A stretch of DNA of 64,000 bases from Myxococcota bacterium (GTDB taxonomy: Bacteria > Myxococcota_A > UBA9160 > UBA6930), in the NCBI GenBank assembly GCA_965223415.1, contig OZ245002.1, forward strand, positions 3,520,001-3,584,000. Reading direction: 5' to 3'. Below are positions 31,104 to 40,145 of this stretch, piece by piece. Position 1 is the first letter of the stretch; each line of letters opens with the position of its first letter. The notes beneath the pieces are model-generated. The model worked only from the letters and a program-made list of their open reading frames with translations. It had not been told where the DNA came from and searched no databases. The translations under genes were made by a program, and so were the position numbers.

Positions 31104-32663
31104 TCAGGGGCGGAGGCTGTAGTGGCGCGGCCCCCGCAGCGCTTCGAGCTGCGGACCGCACAGCTCGATCCACTGGCAGAGCGCCGGCCGCGTCTCGCGG
31201 GGGTCGAGCAGGTCGTGGACGCCGAAGCTCTCGGCGCGGGGGAACGGGTTGCGCCGCGCGGCGAAGCGCTCCTCGAGCTCCGCGCGGCGGGCGTCCGGAT
31301 CCGGGGCGGACTCGATCTCCCGCCGGAAGGCCACGGCCACGCCCCCCTCGATCGGCAGCGCGCCGCTCTCGGCAGAGGGCCAGGCGAAGACCGTGCCCTC
31401 CGGGCCAAAGTGGGCCGCCGCGGCCACGCCGTAGGCCTTGCGCACGATCACCGACGCCATCGGCACCGAGGATTGCTGCACGGCGAAGAGCGCCGCGGCG
31501 CCGTGGCGGATCGTGCCGGCCTTCTCCGCGGCCGAGCCGATCATGAAGCCGGGCTCGTCGACGAAGGCCACGATCGGCAGGTGGAAGGTGTCGCAGAAGT
31601 CGACGAAGCGGCGGACCTTCTGGGCCGCGTCCGCGGTCATGGCGCCGGCGTAGAAGCGGCTGTCGTTGGCCCACACGCCCGTGGGCCGGCCGGCGAGCCG
31701 GGCCAGGCCGGTCACCTGGGAGCGGCCGAAGCCCGGCGTCATCTCGAAGAAGCTGCCCCGATCGACCACGTGGCCCACGAGCTTGCGGGCGTCGTAGACC
31801 CGGCGTCGCTCGCGGGGGATGATCTCCGCCAGGGCGTCCTCGCAGCGGCCCGGGTCGTCGTCGCAGGGAGCCCGGGGCGGGAGCTCCCAGACGTTGGTGG
31901 GCAGATAGGAGAGGAAGCGACGCATGGCCTGCATCGCCTCCTCCTCGTCCTCGACCACGTTGTCGACGACGCCGCTGCGGGCGTGCAGCTTGGCGCCGCC
32001 GAGCTCGTCCTTGGAGAGCTCCTCACCGGTGGCGCGGGCCACCACGGCAGGGCCGCCGATCAACACCTGGGCGGTGTGGCGGGTCATCAGCGAGAAGTGG
32101 GAGGCGACGAGCCGCGCGGCGGGGAAGCCAGCCACCGCGCCCACCGCAGCGGAGACCACCGGCGCAGTGGCCATCACCTGCATGATCGAGCGGAAGCGCG
32201 GCGGCGCGAACACCGGGTCGCCCATCGGGCGCGGGGCGCCCTTGCCGCCGCTGCCGGTCACGCTGCCGCCGCCGCCCTCGAGGAAGCGGACGAGGGGCAG
32301 GCGGTACCGGAGGGCGAGGGTCTCGCTGTACACGCTCTTGCGCAGGCCCGCCGGCGAGGGTGAGCCGCCGCGCTGGGTGAAATCCTCGCCACCGATCACG
32401 ACCGGTCGCCCGTCGACGTGGGCGGTGCCGAGCACGTAGTTGGCGGGCTGGAAGGAGGTGAGGCGGCCCTGCTCATCGGTCTCGCCGTGACCGGCGATCG
32501 GGCCCTGCTCGCGGAAGCTGTCGGCGTCGGCGAGCCGCGCGATCCGCTCGCGGATCGTGAGCCGGCCCTTCTCGTGCTGCTTCGCGATCGCCTCGTCGCC
32601 GCCCATCTCGAGGGCGCGACGGCGGCGCTCCCCGATTCCGTCGATCTCGGACTTCCAGCTCAA
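31104..32663 (-). CDS. Acyl-CoA carboxylase carboxyltransferase (beta) subunit
   Basis: GRLTIRERI, FCDTFHLPI, VDEPGFMIG, RKAYG. Confidence 0.9.
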   Translation of the reverse strand: MSWKSEIDGIGERRRRALEMGGDEAIAKQHEKGRLTIRERIARLADADSFREQGPIAGHGETDEQGRLTSFQPANYVLGTAHVDGRPVVIGGEDFTQRGGSPSPAGLRKSVYSETLALRYRLPLVRFLEGGGGSVTGSGGKGAPRPMGDPVFAPPRFRSIMQVMATAPVVSAAVGAVAGFPAARLVASHFSLMTRHTAQVLIGGPAVVARATGEELSKDELGGAKLHARSGVVDNVVEDEEEAMQAMRRFLSYLPTNVWELPPRAPCDDDPGRCEDALAEIIPRERRRVYDARKLVGHVVDRGSFFEMTPGFGRSQVTGLARLAGRPTGVWANDSRFYAGAMTADAAQKVRRFVDFCDTFHLPIVAFVDEPGFMIGSAAEKAGTIRHGAAALFAVQQSSVPMASVIVRKAYGVAAAAHFGPEGTVFAWPSAESGALPIEGGVAVAFRREIESAPDPDARRAELEERFAARRNPFPRAESFGVHDLLDPRETRPALCQWIELCGPQLEALRGPRHYSLRP

Positions 32664-32740
32664 GGCTTCTCCTCGCTTCCGATCTCGGACTCCTCGCTCG
32701 AGGCTTCTCCTCGCCTTCGATCTCGGACTTCCCGCTCGGG
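32643..32740. repeat. Imperfect 38-bp tandem repeat (about 2.6 copies) over the carboxyltransferase start region
   Basis: Units start gatctcggact at 32643, 32681 and 32719. Confidence 0.8.
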
Positions 32741-32756
32741 GCCGCGAGCCCGGATC

Positions 32757-33211
32757 CTATCGCGCCCGCTCCGGGTCCGGCCGGCTGGGCAGGGCCTCGA
32801 GCCAGGCCAGCCAGTCCTCCGGCAGTCCGTGCTCCCGGGCGCCCTCGAGGATCAGCTGCCGGTACCAGTCGAAGGGCACGGGATCGCCGGTTCGGCGCTC
32901 GGAGCGGTAGGTGAGGGCGGCGTGGGAGGCGCCCCGCGGCGATTGCACCTGCACCTGGAGGCGCTCGTAGCCTCCCTCGAAGCGATCGAGGATCTCGAGC
33001 TGCCCCGGCCCGAGCCGGTAGAGCGCCCCCCAGACGTGAGCCCTCGGATCGGCGCGGAGGTTGGCCTTGGCGGAGCCGTCGCTGCCGGCCTTGTCGCACA
33101 CCAGGCGTGTCCCGGAAGGCGCGCCGCTCCGAGCGGCTCGATCACGGGGACGCGCTCGCGGAGGCGACCCATCGAGAGGTTCGAGCCGTAGGCGAAGTAG
33201 AGGACGGTCAC
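32757..33211 (-). pseudogene. Gamma-glutamylcyclotransferase (GGCT/AIG2-like) with a 1-nt frameshift at about 33107 (real lesion or sequencing error)
   Basis: YFAYGSNL in one frame; VWGALY, LDRFEGGY, GAREHGLP in another; one added C restores GHRLVCDK. Confidence 0.8.
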
Positions 33212-34173
33212 CGAGCCCGAAGGGCCTGCACGCTGAACCACTGCCTCGGGTCGGTCCACACGCGCTCCACCTCGAAGCCGGCCTCCCGGGCGACGCCGGC
33301 GAAGCTCTCCAGCGAGTACTTGTGGGAGTGCTCGGTGCAGATCGTCTCGCCGGCGGTGAACCCGATCGTCTCGCCGCCGAGCCGCACCTGCTGGGCCACT
33401 TCGCTCACCAGGTGCATCTCGACGCGGGCGTCCTCGGCATTCCAGTGGGCGCGATGGCGGAAGGCCTCGAGATCGAAGTCGGCCCCGAGCTCCTCGTTCA
33501 GGCGGACGAGAAGGTTGCGGTTGAAGGCGGCGGTGACGCCTGCTGCGTCGTCGTAGGCCCGCTCGAGGACCTCCACGTCCTTGACCAGATCGACCCCGAT
33601 CAAGAGCACGCCGCCGCGTCCGACCTCGGCGTGGGCGGTGTGCAGCAGGGCGGTGGCCGGACCGGTCTCGAAGTTGCCGATGGTGGAGCCCGGGAAGTAG
33701 ACGGCCACCGTGGCCGGCGGCACGCGGGAGGCCGGCACGTCGAAGGGCCGGGTGAAGTCGGCGCACACCGGCAGGATCTCGATCTCCGGATGCTCCGCGT
33801 CGAGCGCTTCTGCCGTGGCCAGCAGGTGCTCGCGGGAGATGTCGACCGGCGCGTAGCCGGCGGGCTCCTCCAGGAGGTCGAGCAGCAGGCGGGTCTTCGT
33901 GCTCGAGCCGCTCCCGTACTCGACGAGCAGGCAGCGGGGGCCGAGCACGGCGGACATCTCCTTCCCGTGCAGGCGCATGATCTCGAGCTCGGTGCGAGTC
34001 GGGTAGTACTCGGGCAGCTCGCAGATCTCCTCGAAGAGGGCGGAGCCCCGCTCGTCGTAGAAGTACTTGCAGGGCAGCTCCTTCGGCGAGCGGGCCAGGC
34101 CCGCGAGCGCGTCGCGCAGGAGCTCGGCTCGCTCGGGCTCGTAGTCGGTGAGCGCGAGTTCGGCCGTCTTCAT
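33208..34173 (-). CDS. egtD: L-histidine N-alpha-methyltransferase EgtD
   Basis: KYFYDERGS, PEYYPTRTE, EYGSGSSTKT, FPGSTIGN, TEHSHKY. Confidence 0.92.
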   Translation of the reverse strand: MKTAELALTDYEPERAELLRDALAGLARSPKELPCKYFYDERGSALFEEICELPEYYPTRTELEIMRLHGKEMSAVLGPRCLLVEYGSGSSTKTRLLLDLLEEPAGYAPVDISREHLLATAEALDAEHPEIEILPVCADFTRPFDVPASRVPPATVAVYFPGSTIGNFETGPATALLHTAHAEVGRGGVLLIGVDLVKDVEVLERAYDDAAGVTAAFNRNLLVRLNEELGADFDLEAFRHRAHWNAEDARVEMHLVSEVAQQVRLGGETIGFTAGETICTEHSHKYSLESFAGVAREAGFEVERVWTDPRQWFSVQALRAR

Positions 34174-34192
34174 GGGGTCTCCTCCGCGGTGC

Positions 34193-34681
34193 TCAGAATC
34201 GGATCAGCTCCACGTCGAGTTGCTCCAGGTCGACGACGCCGATCGTGTTGTGTCCCTGCATCATGCCGGCGCACTCGCCCGGGTTGAAGGCCAGCCCGCC
34301 ATCCTGCTGCCATTCCCGGGTGGTGAGGTGGGTGTGGCCGTGGAGGGCCAGGGTACCGGGCCCGAGGGCGACGTCCGCGAGCTCCAGCGGATCGTGCACC
34401 ACCACGACATCGCGGTCCTGCCAGGTGACGCGAAGTGGTGGGTCGACGATCTGGAAGCCCAGCTGGCTGGCGGTCTCCTCGAGGCTCGGGCGCTCGAGAT
34501 CGTTGTTGCCGTAGACGCCGACCATCGGACACACGAGAGGCGAGAGGGCGTGCAGGGTCTTGGCCTGGGTGATGTCGCCGGTGTGCACGACGCGACTCAC
34601 GCCGGCGGAGTTGAAGAGCTCGACGATGCGGGCGACGTTGCGCAGGTTGTTGTGGGTGTCGCTGACGACTCCAATGCGCAT
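34193..34681 (-). CDS. YfcE-family metallophosphoesterase
   Basis: SDTH, HTGD, GNND, HGHTH, NPG. Confidence 0.88.
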   Translation of the reverse strand: MRIGVVSDTHNNLRNVARIVELFNSAGVSRVVHTGDITQAKTLHALSPLVCPMVGVYGNNDLERPSLEETASQLGFQIVDPPLRVTWQDRDVVVVHDPLELADVALGPGTLALHGHTHLTTREWQQDGGLAFNPGECAGMMQGHNTIGVVDLEQLDVELIRF

Positions 34682-34692
34682 CGCGGCGTGAG

Positions 34693-35364
34693 CTACTCCG
34701 GCGGGGTGAGGGAACCTCGACGGTACCCCTTCACATAGGAGGGTGCCTCCTGGCGCGGGGGATGGCTCTCGTCCGGCACCGGCTCGCCGGCGGCGAGGCG
34801 CAGCGGGATCACGCCGGCCCAAGCCGGATGGCCTTGGTCTTCCGGGTCGTCCTTCGGAGGGCCCGTGCGCAGCTTCGCCGAGGCCTCCTCCATGGGGACC
34901 GCCAGCACCCGGGTGAACGCGAGCTCCTCTTCGTTCGGCGGCCGCGCGTCTGCCGTGCGCCCCGGGGCCACGTGCTCGACGAGGGCGTCGAGCACCCGCC
35001 GCTTCTCGTCCAGGTCGTCGACGCTGCGGGCGGTGCCGAACACCACGACCGAGCGGAAGTTCATCGAGTGGTGGAACGCGGAGCGGGCGAGGACGAGGCC
35101 GTCGAGGTGGGTGACGGTGACGCAGACCGGTACGCCCCTTCGCAGCTCCTTCAACATGCGGCTCGCCGGCGAGCCGTGCAGGTAGAGCACCTCGTCGATC
35201 CGCACGTAGGCGGTCGGGATCACGAAGGGCTGTCCCTTCACGGCGAATCCCACGTGGGCGACCAGGCCCTCGTCCAGCAGGGCGTGGACCGTGTCGCGGT
35301 CGTAGGTGCCCCGCTCGGGGAGGCGCCGGAGGACGTTGCGGGTGCCGGCAGGGTAGGTCTTCAT
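34693..35364 (-). CDS. Pyridoxamine 5'-phosphate oxidase-like flavin-binding protein (NimA-like)
   Basis: YLHGSPASRM, DGLVLARSAFHHSMNFRS. Confidence 0.88.
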   Translation of the reverse strand: MKTYPAGTRNVLRRLPERGTYDRDTVHALLDEGLVAHVGFAVKGQPFVIPTAYVRIDEVLYLHGSPASRMLKELRRGVPVCVTVTHLDGLVLARSAFHHSMNFRSVVVFGTARSVDDLDEKRRVLDALVEHVAPGRTADARPPNEEELAFTRVLAVPMEEASAKLRTGPPKDDPEDQGHPAWAGVIPLRLAAGEPVPDESHPPRQEAPSYVKGYRRGSLTPPE

Positions 35365-35404
35365 GATTGTACCAGTACAAAAGAATGTATAAGGCGATAC
35401 AATC
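35365..35404. promoter_or_regulatory. AT-rich putative operator in a divergent intergenic region
   Basis: TTGTAC-CA-GTACAA palindrome (35367-35380) and GATTGTA...TACAATC inverted pair. Confidence 0.55.
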
Positions 35405-35423
35405 TAGCGCCTACTCTTCGCCG

Positions 35424-36401
35424 GTGCTCGTCGTCACCGCTCCCGCTCGCGCCAACCTGATCGGCAATCCCTCGGACCAGTACGGCGGCTCGACCCTCTC
35501 CTGCTCGGTCCCCCTGCGCGCGCGGGTCGAGGTGAGCGCGGCGCCGAAGGGGCTGCTCGAGACGGCGGGGCAGTCGTTCCGCATCGCCGGGGCCGAGGAC
35601 CTGGCCCCGCGCGGGGACCGTTTCGACATCGCTCGCTGCGTGCTGGCCCACCTCGGAATCGATCGGCCCGAGGTGTGCGTGCGCTATGGGAGCGAGATTC
35701 CCCTCCAGAGCGGCATGGCGGGCTCGACCGCCCTGGTGGTGGCGCTGCTGCGCGCCCTCCTGGAGTGGCTGGGCGAGCCTCCCGGGGCCTACGCCCTGGC
35801 CGAACGGGCGCGTCGCGTCGAGCGGGAGCAACTCGGTGTGCAGTGCGGCTACGTCGACCAGTACCTGGCCGTGTTCGGCGGTCTCCGCCACGTCGACCTG
35901 CGCGGCAAGGCGCGTGAAGACGCCGGCCCGACGCCCTACGCCAGCGTCGAGGACCTCGCGCCCCACGTGTCGAAGCTTCCCTTCGTGCTCGCCTTCACCG
36001 GCGTGCGCCACTCGTCGGACTCGGTGCATCGTCCGCTGCGGGAGCGATGGGAGGCCGGCGAGACGGAGGTGGTGACGGCCTACGAGCGCATCGGCGAGCT
36101 GGGCCGGCTCGGCAAGCGTGCGCTCCTCGACGCGGCCTGGGACGAGCTCGGCGCCCTGATGGACGAGAACCACGCCATCCAGCAGCGCCTCGGCGGCTCC
36201 GGCCCTTCCAACGATCGCCTGATCGAGGCCGCCCGGGCCGCCGGCGCGCCCGGCGCCAAGCTCGCCGGCGCGGGCCGGGGCGGCACCATCGTGGCCCTCT
36301 GGCCCGAGAAGGATCCGGCTCCCCTCGAGGCCGCCCTCCGCCGCGCCGGTGCCACCGCCCTCTACCGCCCCCACCCCGTCCCCGGCACCCGGCTCGAATG
36401 A
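35424..36401 (+). CDS. GHMP-family sugar kinase
   Basis: IPLQSGMAGSTA, CGYVDQ, AKLAGAGRGG, N-terminal GNPSDQYGG. Confidence 0.85.
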   Translation: MLVVTAPARANLIGNPSDQYGGSTLSCSVPLRARVEVSAAPKGLLETAGQSFRIAGAEDLAPRGDRFDIARCVLAHLGIDRPEVCVRYGSEIPLQSGMAGSTALVVALLRALLEWLGEPPGAYALAERARRVEREQLGVQCGYVDQYLAVFGGLRHVDLRGKAREDAGPTPYASVEDLAPHVSKLPFVLAFTGVRHSSDSVHRPLRERWEAGETEVVTAYERIGELGRLGKRALLDAAWDELGALMDENHAIQQRLGGSGPSNDRLIEAARAAGAPGAKLAGAGRGGTIVALWPEKDPAPLEAALRRAGATALYRPHPVPGTRLE

Positions 36402-36476
36402 AGAAACGGGGCCAGAGTTAAGAATTCAGTTACGCCCCAGGGGCGTAACTGAATTCTTAACTCTGGCCCCGTTTCT
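36402..36476. repeat. Perfect palindrome with 37-bp arms and 1-nt centre (copy 1)
   Basis: agaaacggggccagagttaagaattcagttacgcccc-a-reverse complement. Confidence 0.95.
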
Positions 36477-37960
36477 CAAGCGCGGGTGCGGACGGTGCGG
36501 CGGAGGGCGGAGGGGAGGGTGACGCGCATGCGCGTGCCGCCCGGGCTGGTGTCCACGTCGATCGTGCCGCCGTGGCGGGCGATGAGCTGGCGGGTCACCG
36601 GCAGGCCCAGGCCCGTGCCGCGGCCCGCCTCCTTCGTGGTGAAGAAGGGGTCGAAGATCCGCGGCAGGACGTCGTCGGGAATCCCGTTGCCGTCGTCGAT
36701 GACCGACAGCTCGACCTGCTCGCCCAGGTCGCGGACGCGCAGGGTCACGTGGCCGCCGCCGGAGCGGTCGTCGGGGATCGCGTGGATCGCATTCACGAGC
36801 AGGTTCAGCACGACCTGGCCGAGCAGCCGCTCGTCGCCGATCACCGGTGGCGCCGGATCGAGCTCGGTGCGCAGCACCACGTCGTCCCGCGCCTGGTGGC
36901 GGGCGAGCCGCAGCACGGCCTCGATCACGCCCTCGAGCTCCACCGCGTGGGCGGCGCCCTCCTCGCGCTGGGCCATGGCCACGAGGCTGGTCACCGTCGA
37001 CGAGATGCGCGCGAGCCCCTCGCGGGTCTCGTGCAGGATCTCCTCGAACAGCGCGCCGGCGTCCTCCTGGTCCGGGTCCTTCGCCAGCTCCTCCAACTGG
37101 TTCAGGTTCGCGGAGACGAAGGCGAGCGGGTTGTTGATCTCGTGGGCGACGCCGGCGGCGAGGGTGCCCACCGTGGCCATCCGGTCGCCGTGGGCGAGCT
37201 GGAGCTCGCGTTGGCGGATCTCCTCGAGCCGTTCCTCGGCCTGCACCTGGAGCTGCTCGGCGCCCTCGAGACTGAGGGCACGGGAGCGCGCGATGCGGCT
37301 CACCAGCAGCCCCGTGAAGGCGCACGCGAAGGCGTCATAGCCCATCACCATGAGGAACGGCCCGGAAATCAGCCCCGCTCCCACCGCCGTGTCGAAGGCG
37401 GCGCAGCCGGCCCAGAACACGGCCGCGATCAGGAGTGGACTCGCCGGAACCCCCGTGCCCGGCAGGTGCCGCCGGTAGTGGCGCACCATCAGCACGAACG
37501 CCGCGATCAGGCTGACCGAGGCCACCCCCATTCCGGGTGCGATGACCGTGTCGACGTAGCGAATGCCGAGGGGCGGAACTTCCCGGACCACCGGCTCGAA
37601 GGTGTGACCGAGGCCGGGCACCCAGGAGAGGGGGAAGAGGATGGCGATGCCGCCGACCAGCAGCGGCTTCACCCAGCCCAGGGGCGCGTTCAGGAAACTC
37701 TCGCTGAAGCGGGCGATGCCCCAGGCCAGGACCACGCACGAGAGCAGCACGCCCTCCCGGATCAGGCCGGCCTCCCAGGGGCCGGTGGAGTGGTAGAGGG
37801 CGGCCGTGAACCCGGCGGCGGGCACCACGCCCGCGGCGGCCACGGCCAGCCAAAGGTGCGCCCGCTCGCCGCGCCGAAAGGAGAAGAAGAGGGCGTTGAA
37901 CGCGGCGACGCAGAGCGCCACTACGCCTAACATCAAGGTCAGGGAGGCGGCGGTGTTCAT
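36476..37960 (-). CDS. Membrane sensor histidine kinase (multi-TM N-terminus)
   Basis: HEINNPL, QVVLNLLVNA, DDGNGI, FFTTK, GTGLGL. Confidence 0.92.
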   Translation of the reverse strand: MNTAASLTLMLGVVALCVAAFNALFFSFRRGERAHLWLAVAAAGVVPAAGFTAALYHSTGPWEAGLIREGVLLSCVVLAWGIARFSESFLNAPLGWVKPLLVGGIAILFPLSWVPGLGHTFEPVVREVPPLGIRYVDTVIAPGMGVASVSLIAAFVLMVRHYRRHLPGTGVPASPLLIAAVFWAGCAAFDTAVGAGLISGPFLMVMGYDAFACAFTGLLVSRIARSRALSLEGAEQLQVQAEERLEEIRQRELQLAHGDRMATVGTLAAGVAHEINNPLAFVSANLNQLEELAKDPDQEDAGALFEEILHETREGLARISSTVTSLVAMAQREEGAAHAVELEGVIEAVLRLARHQARDDVVLRTELDPAPPVIGDERLLGQVVLNLLVNAIHAIPDDRSGGGHVTLRVRDLGEQVELSVIDDGNGIPDDVLPRIFDPFFTTKEAGRGTGLGLPVTRQLIARHGGTIDVDTSPGGTRMRVTLPSALRRTVRTRA

Positions 37961-39438
37961 GCCGGCTCCGCGGACACGCCCAAGGCCGGAAGCTCCACGT
38001 GGAACGTGGTGCCGCTCGGCGAGCTCTCCATGTCGATCCGACCGCGATGCCGCTCGACGAGCTGGCGGGTCACCGTGAGCCCGAGGCCGCTCCCCTCGCC
38101 CGGCGGCTTGGTCGTGAAGAAGGGCTCGAAGACGTGCGCGCGCACCTCCTCCGGGATGCCCGGGCCGGTGTCGCTCACCGAGAGACGCACGCCCGAATCG
38201 GTCGCGGTGGTTTCGACGACGACCCGATGCTGACTGGCGTTCGCCAGGGGCACCGCGTGCAGCGCGTTCAGCACCAGGTTGAGCACGACCTGGCCGAGGA
38301 GGCGCTCGTCGCCCTCGATCGGCGGCAGGGGCGCGAGCGAGGTCTCGAGCACCGCCCGCCCCCGCGCCTCGTGGCCGACGATCGGCAGCACGCCCTCCAC
38401 CACCTGGTTCAAGTCCACCGGCCCGAGCTGGCCCGCATCGCGGCGCGCGACGTGCAAGAGCTCGGAGACGATCGAGCGGATCCGATCGACCGCCTCCCGG
38501 GCGTCCGCCAGCCCGGTGTCGAAGGCGGTGCGCTCGCCCTCCTCTCCGAAACGGCTCGCGACGCCGTCGAGCTGCTGGTTCACCTCGCTGAGCGGGTCCT
38601 GGATCTCGTGGGCGAGGCCCGCGGCAAGGGTTCCCACCGTCGCCATGCGCGCACCATGAGCCACCTGCAGGTCCTTCTGGCGAAGGTCTTCGGTGCGCTC
38701 GTCCACGAGCCGCCGGAGCTCATCGGCGCTGGCCTCGAGGGTGCCGAGGGAGTCCACGAAGCGTCGCACCAGGAAGAAGGTGAACGCGAGGAGGAAGAGG
38801 ACGTAGCCCGCCACCACCAGGTAGGGGCCGCGGTAGGCGCCCATGCCGATCGCCACGTCGTGGGTGGCGGCCACCAGCCAGAGGACCGCCGAGCCCACCA
38901 GGAGCGCCGGCTGCTCCAGGTGCCGCCGGCGCTTCCAGAACAGCACGATCACGACGACGAAGATCAGCAGGAAGGGCCCGAACATCACGCTCGCGAGGGG
39001 CGAGAGCCGGCTCTCGACGAAGTCGAGGCCCAGCGCCGGCACCCGCGCGTGGACCAGCTCGCCCGCGAAGACCAGGTCGGGACGCGCGAGCGCCACGGCG
39101 ACGAACAGCACCGAGAACACCGCCGCCGGGATCTCGAGCCACCGGATGCGCACATCGGCGAAGAGCGACGTGAAGCGCAGGAAGCCGATCACCAGGGGCG
39201 GACAGCAGCCGAGCGAGACGAGCTGGGCGCGCTGGGCCGCGGCGAGGGTCTGGGCGTCGTACGCCAACGCGTTGCCCACGGCGAGCTGCACGATGCCCAG
39301 GGCCGCCACGGCGAGCCAGAAGTGATCGCGGCTCCGCCGCCCGAGGCGGTGGAGCCCGAAGTTGAGCAGGGCCGCGCAGAGGGCGGCCACGCCCAGCGCG
39401 ATCGAGACGACGGAGGCGGGGCCCATCGCCGCTTGCAT
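37957..39438 (-). CDS. Membrane sensor histidine kinase, paralog of the downstream gene
   Basis: HEIQDPL, QVVLNLVLNA, DTGPGI, FFTTK, GSGLGL. Confidence 0.9.
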   Translation of the reverse strand: MQAAMGPASVVSIALGVAALCAALLNFGLHRLGRRSRDHFWLAVAALGIVQLAVGNALAYDAQTLAAAQRAQLVSLGCCPPLVIGFLRFTSLFADVRIRWLEIPAAVFSVLFVAVALARPDLVFAGELVHARVPALGLDFVESRLSPLASVMFGPFLLIFVVVIVLFWKRRRHLEQPALLVGSAVLWLVAATHDVAIGMGAYRGPYLVVAGYVLFLLAFTFFLVRRFVDSLGTLEASADELRRLVDERTEDLRQKDLQVAHGARMATVGTLAAGLAHEIQDPLSEVNQQLDGVASRFGEEGERTAFDTGLADAREAVDRIRSIVSELLHVARRDAGQLGPVDLNQVVEGVLPIVGHEARGRAVLETSLAPLPPIEGDERLLGQVVLNLVLNALHAVPLANASQHRVVVETTATDSGVRLSVSDTGPGIPEEVRAHVFEPFFTTKPPGEGSGLGLTVTRQLVERHRGRIDMESSPSGTTFHVELPALGVSAEPA

Positions 39439-39485
39439 CGGCGCAGCGCGATTTCCCCTTGAGATGGCTGGGTTATGCTGCCCCG

Positions 39486-40145
39486 ATGCCGTCTGGATGG
39501 GGCGTCTGGGCCGGTCTCTTCGTCGCCGCGGTCCTCGCCTGGGGCCTGTGGCGGGTGTTCGGCGGCTACCGCCGGGCCCGCGGTTCGGCCGGCGCCCTGG
39601 CCCCTCGCGAGCTCGCCTTCCTGGCCGCCGCTGCCGACGCCACCTATCCGGCGGGCGGCCCCGTGCCGCCCTCCGGCCCCGCAGCCGGCATTCCCGCCTT
39701 CGCGGATCGCTACGTCGCCGCGGTCCCGCCCGGCACGGCGCTCCTGATGCGGCTGCTCTTCTTCCTGATGGAGCACGCCACCTTCCTCTTCGCTGCGCCG
39801 GGGCGGGGCGGCCGACGGCGCTTCTCGGCGCTCTCGGCGGAGCAGCGCTGCGCGGTGCTCGAGGGGTGGCGGACCAGCGCCTGGTTCCCGCGCCGGCTCG
39901 TGTTCTCGAGCCTGCGGGCCATCCTGACCATGGGCTACTTCTCCGATCCGGTCGTCCTGCGCCACCTGCACCTGGCGGCAAAGCGGATCGATTCGCCGGT
40001 GGTCGAGGCGGATCTCCTCTACCCGGCGATCGGCGCCCACCCGAGCACGATTCCCTACGGACCCGGCGATCTGTCCGAGCCATCCGGAGAGCCGCTGCCG
40101 GCGGACGCGCCGCTGCATCCCGCCCACGCCGGAGAGCCGGGATGA
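39486..40145 (+). CDS. Gluconate 2-dehydrogenase subunit 3-like partner protein
   Basis: RRFSALSAEQR, LRAILTMGYFSDP; coupled to GMC gene. Confidence 0.65.
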   Translation: MPSGWGVWAGLFVAAVLAWGLWRVFGGYRRARGSAGALAPRELAFLAAAADATYPAGGPVPPSGPAAGIPAFADRYVAAVPPGTALLMRLLFFLMEHATFLFAAPGRGGRRRFSALSAEQRCAVLEGWRTSAWFPRRLVFSSLRAILTMGYFSDPVVLRHLHLAAKRIDSPVVEADLLYPAIGAHPSTIPYGPGDLSEPSGEPLPADAPLHPAHAGEPG

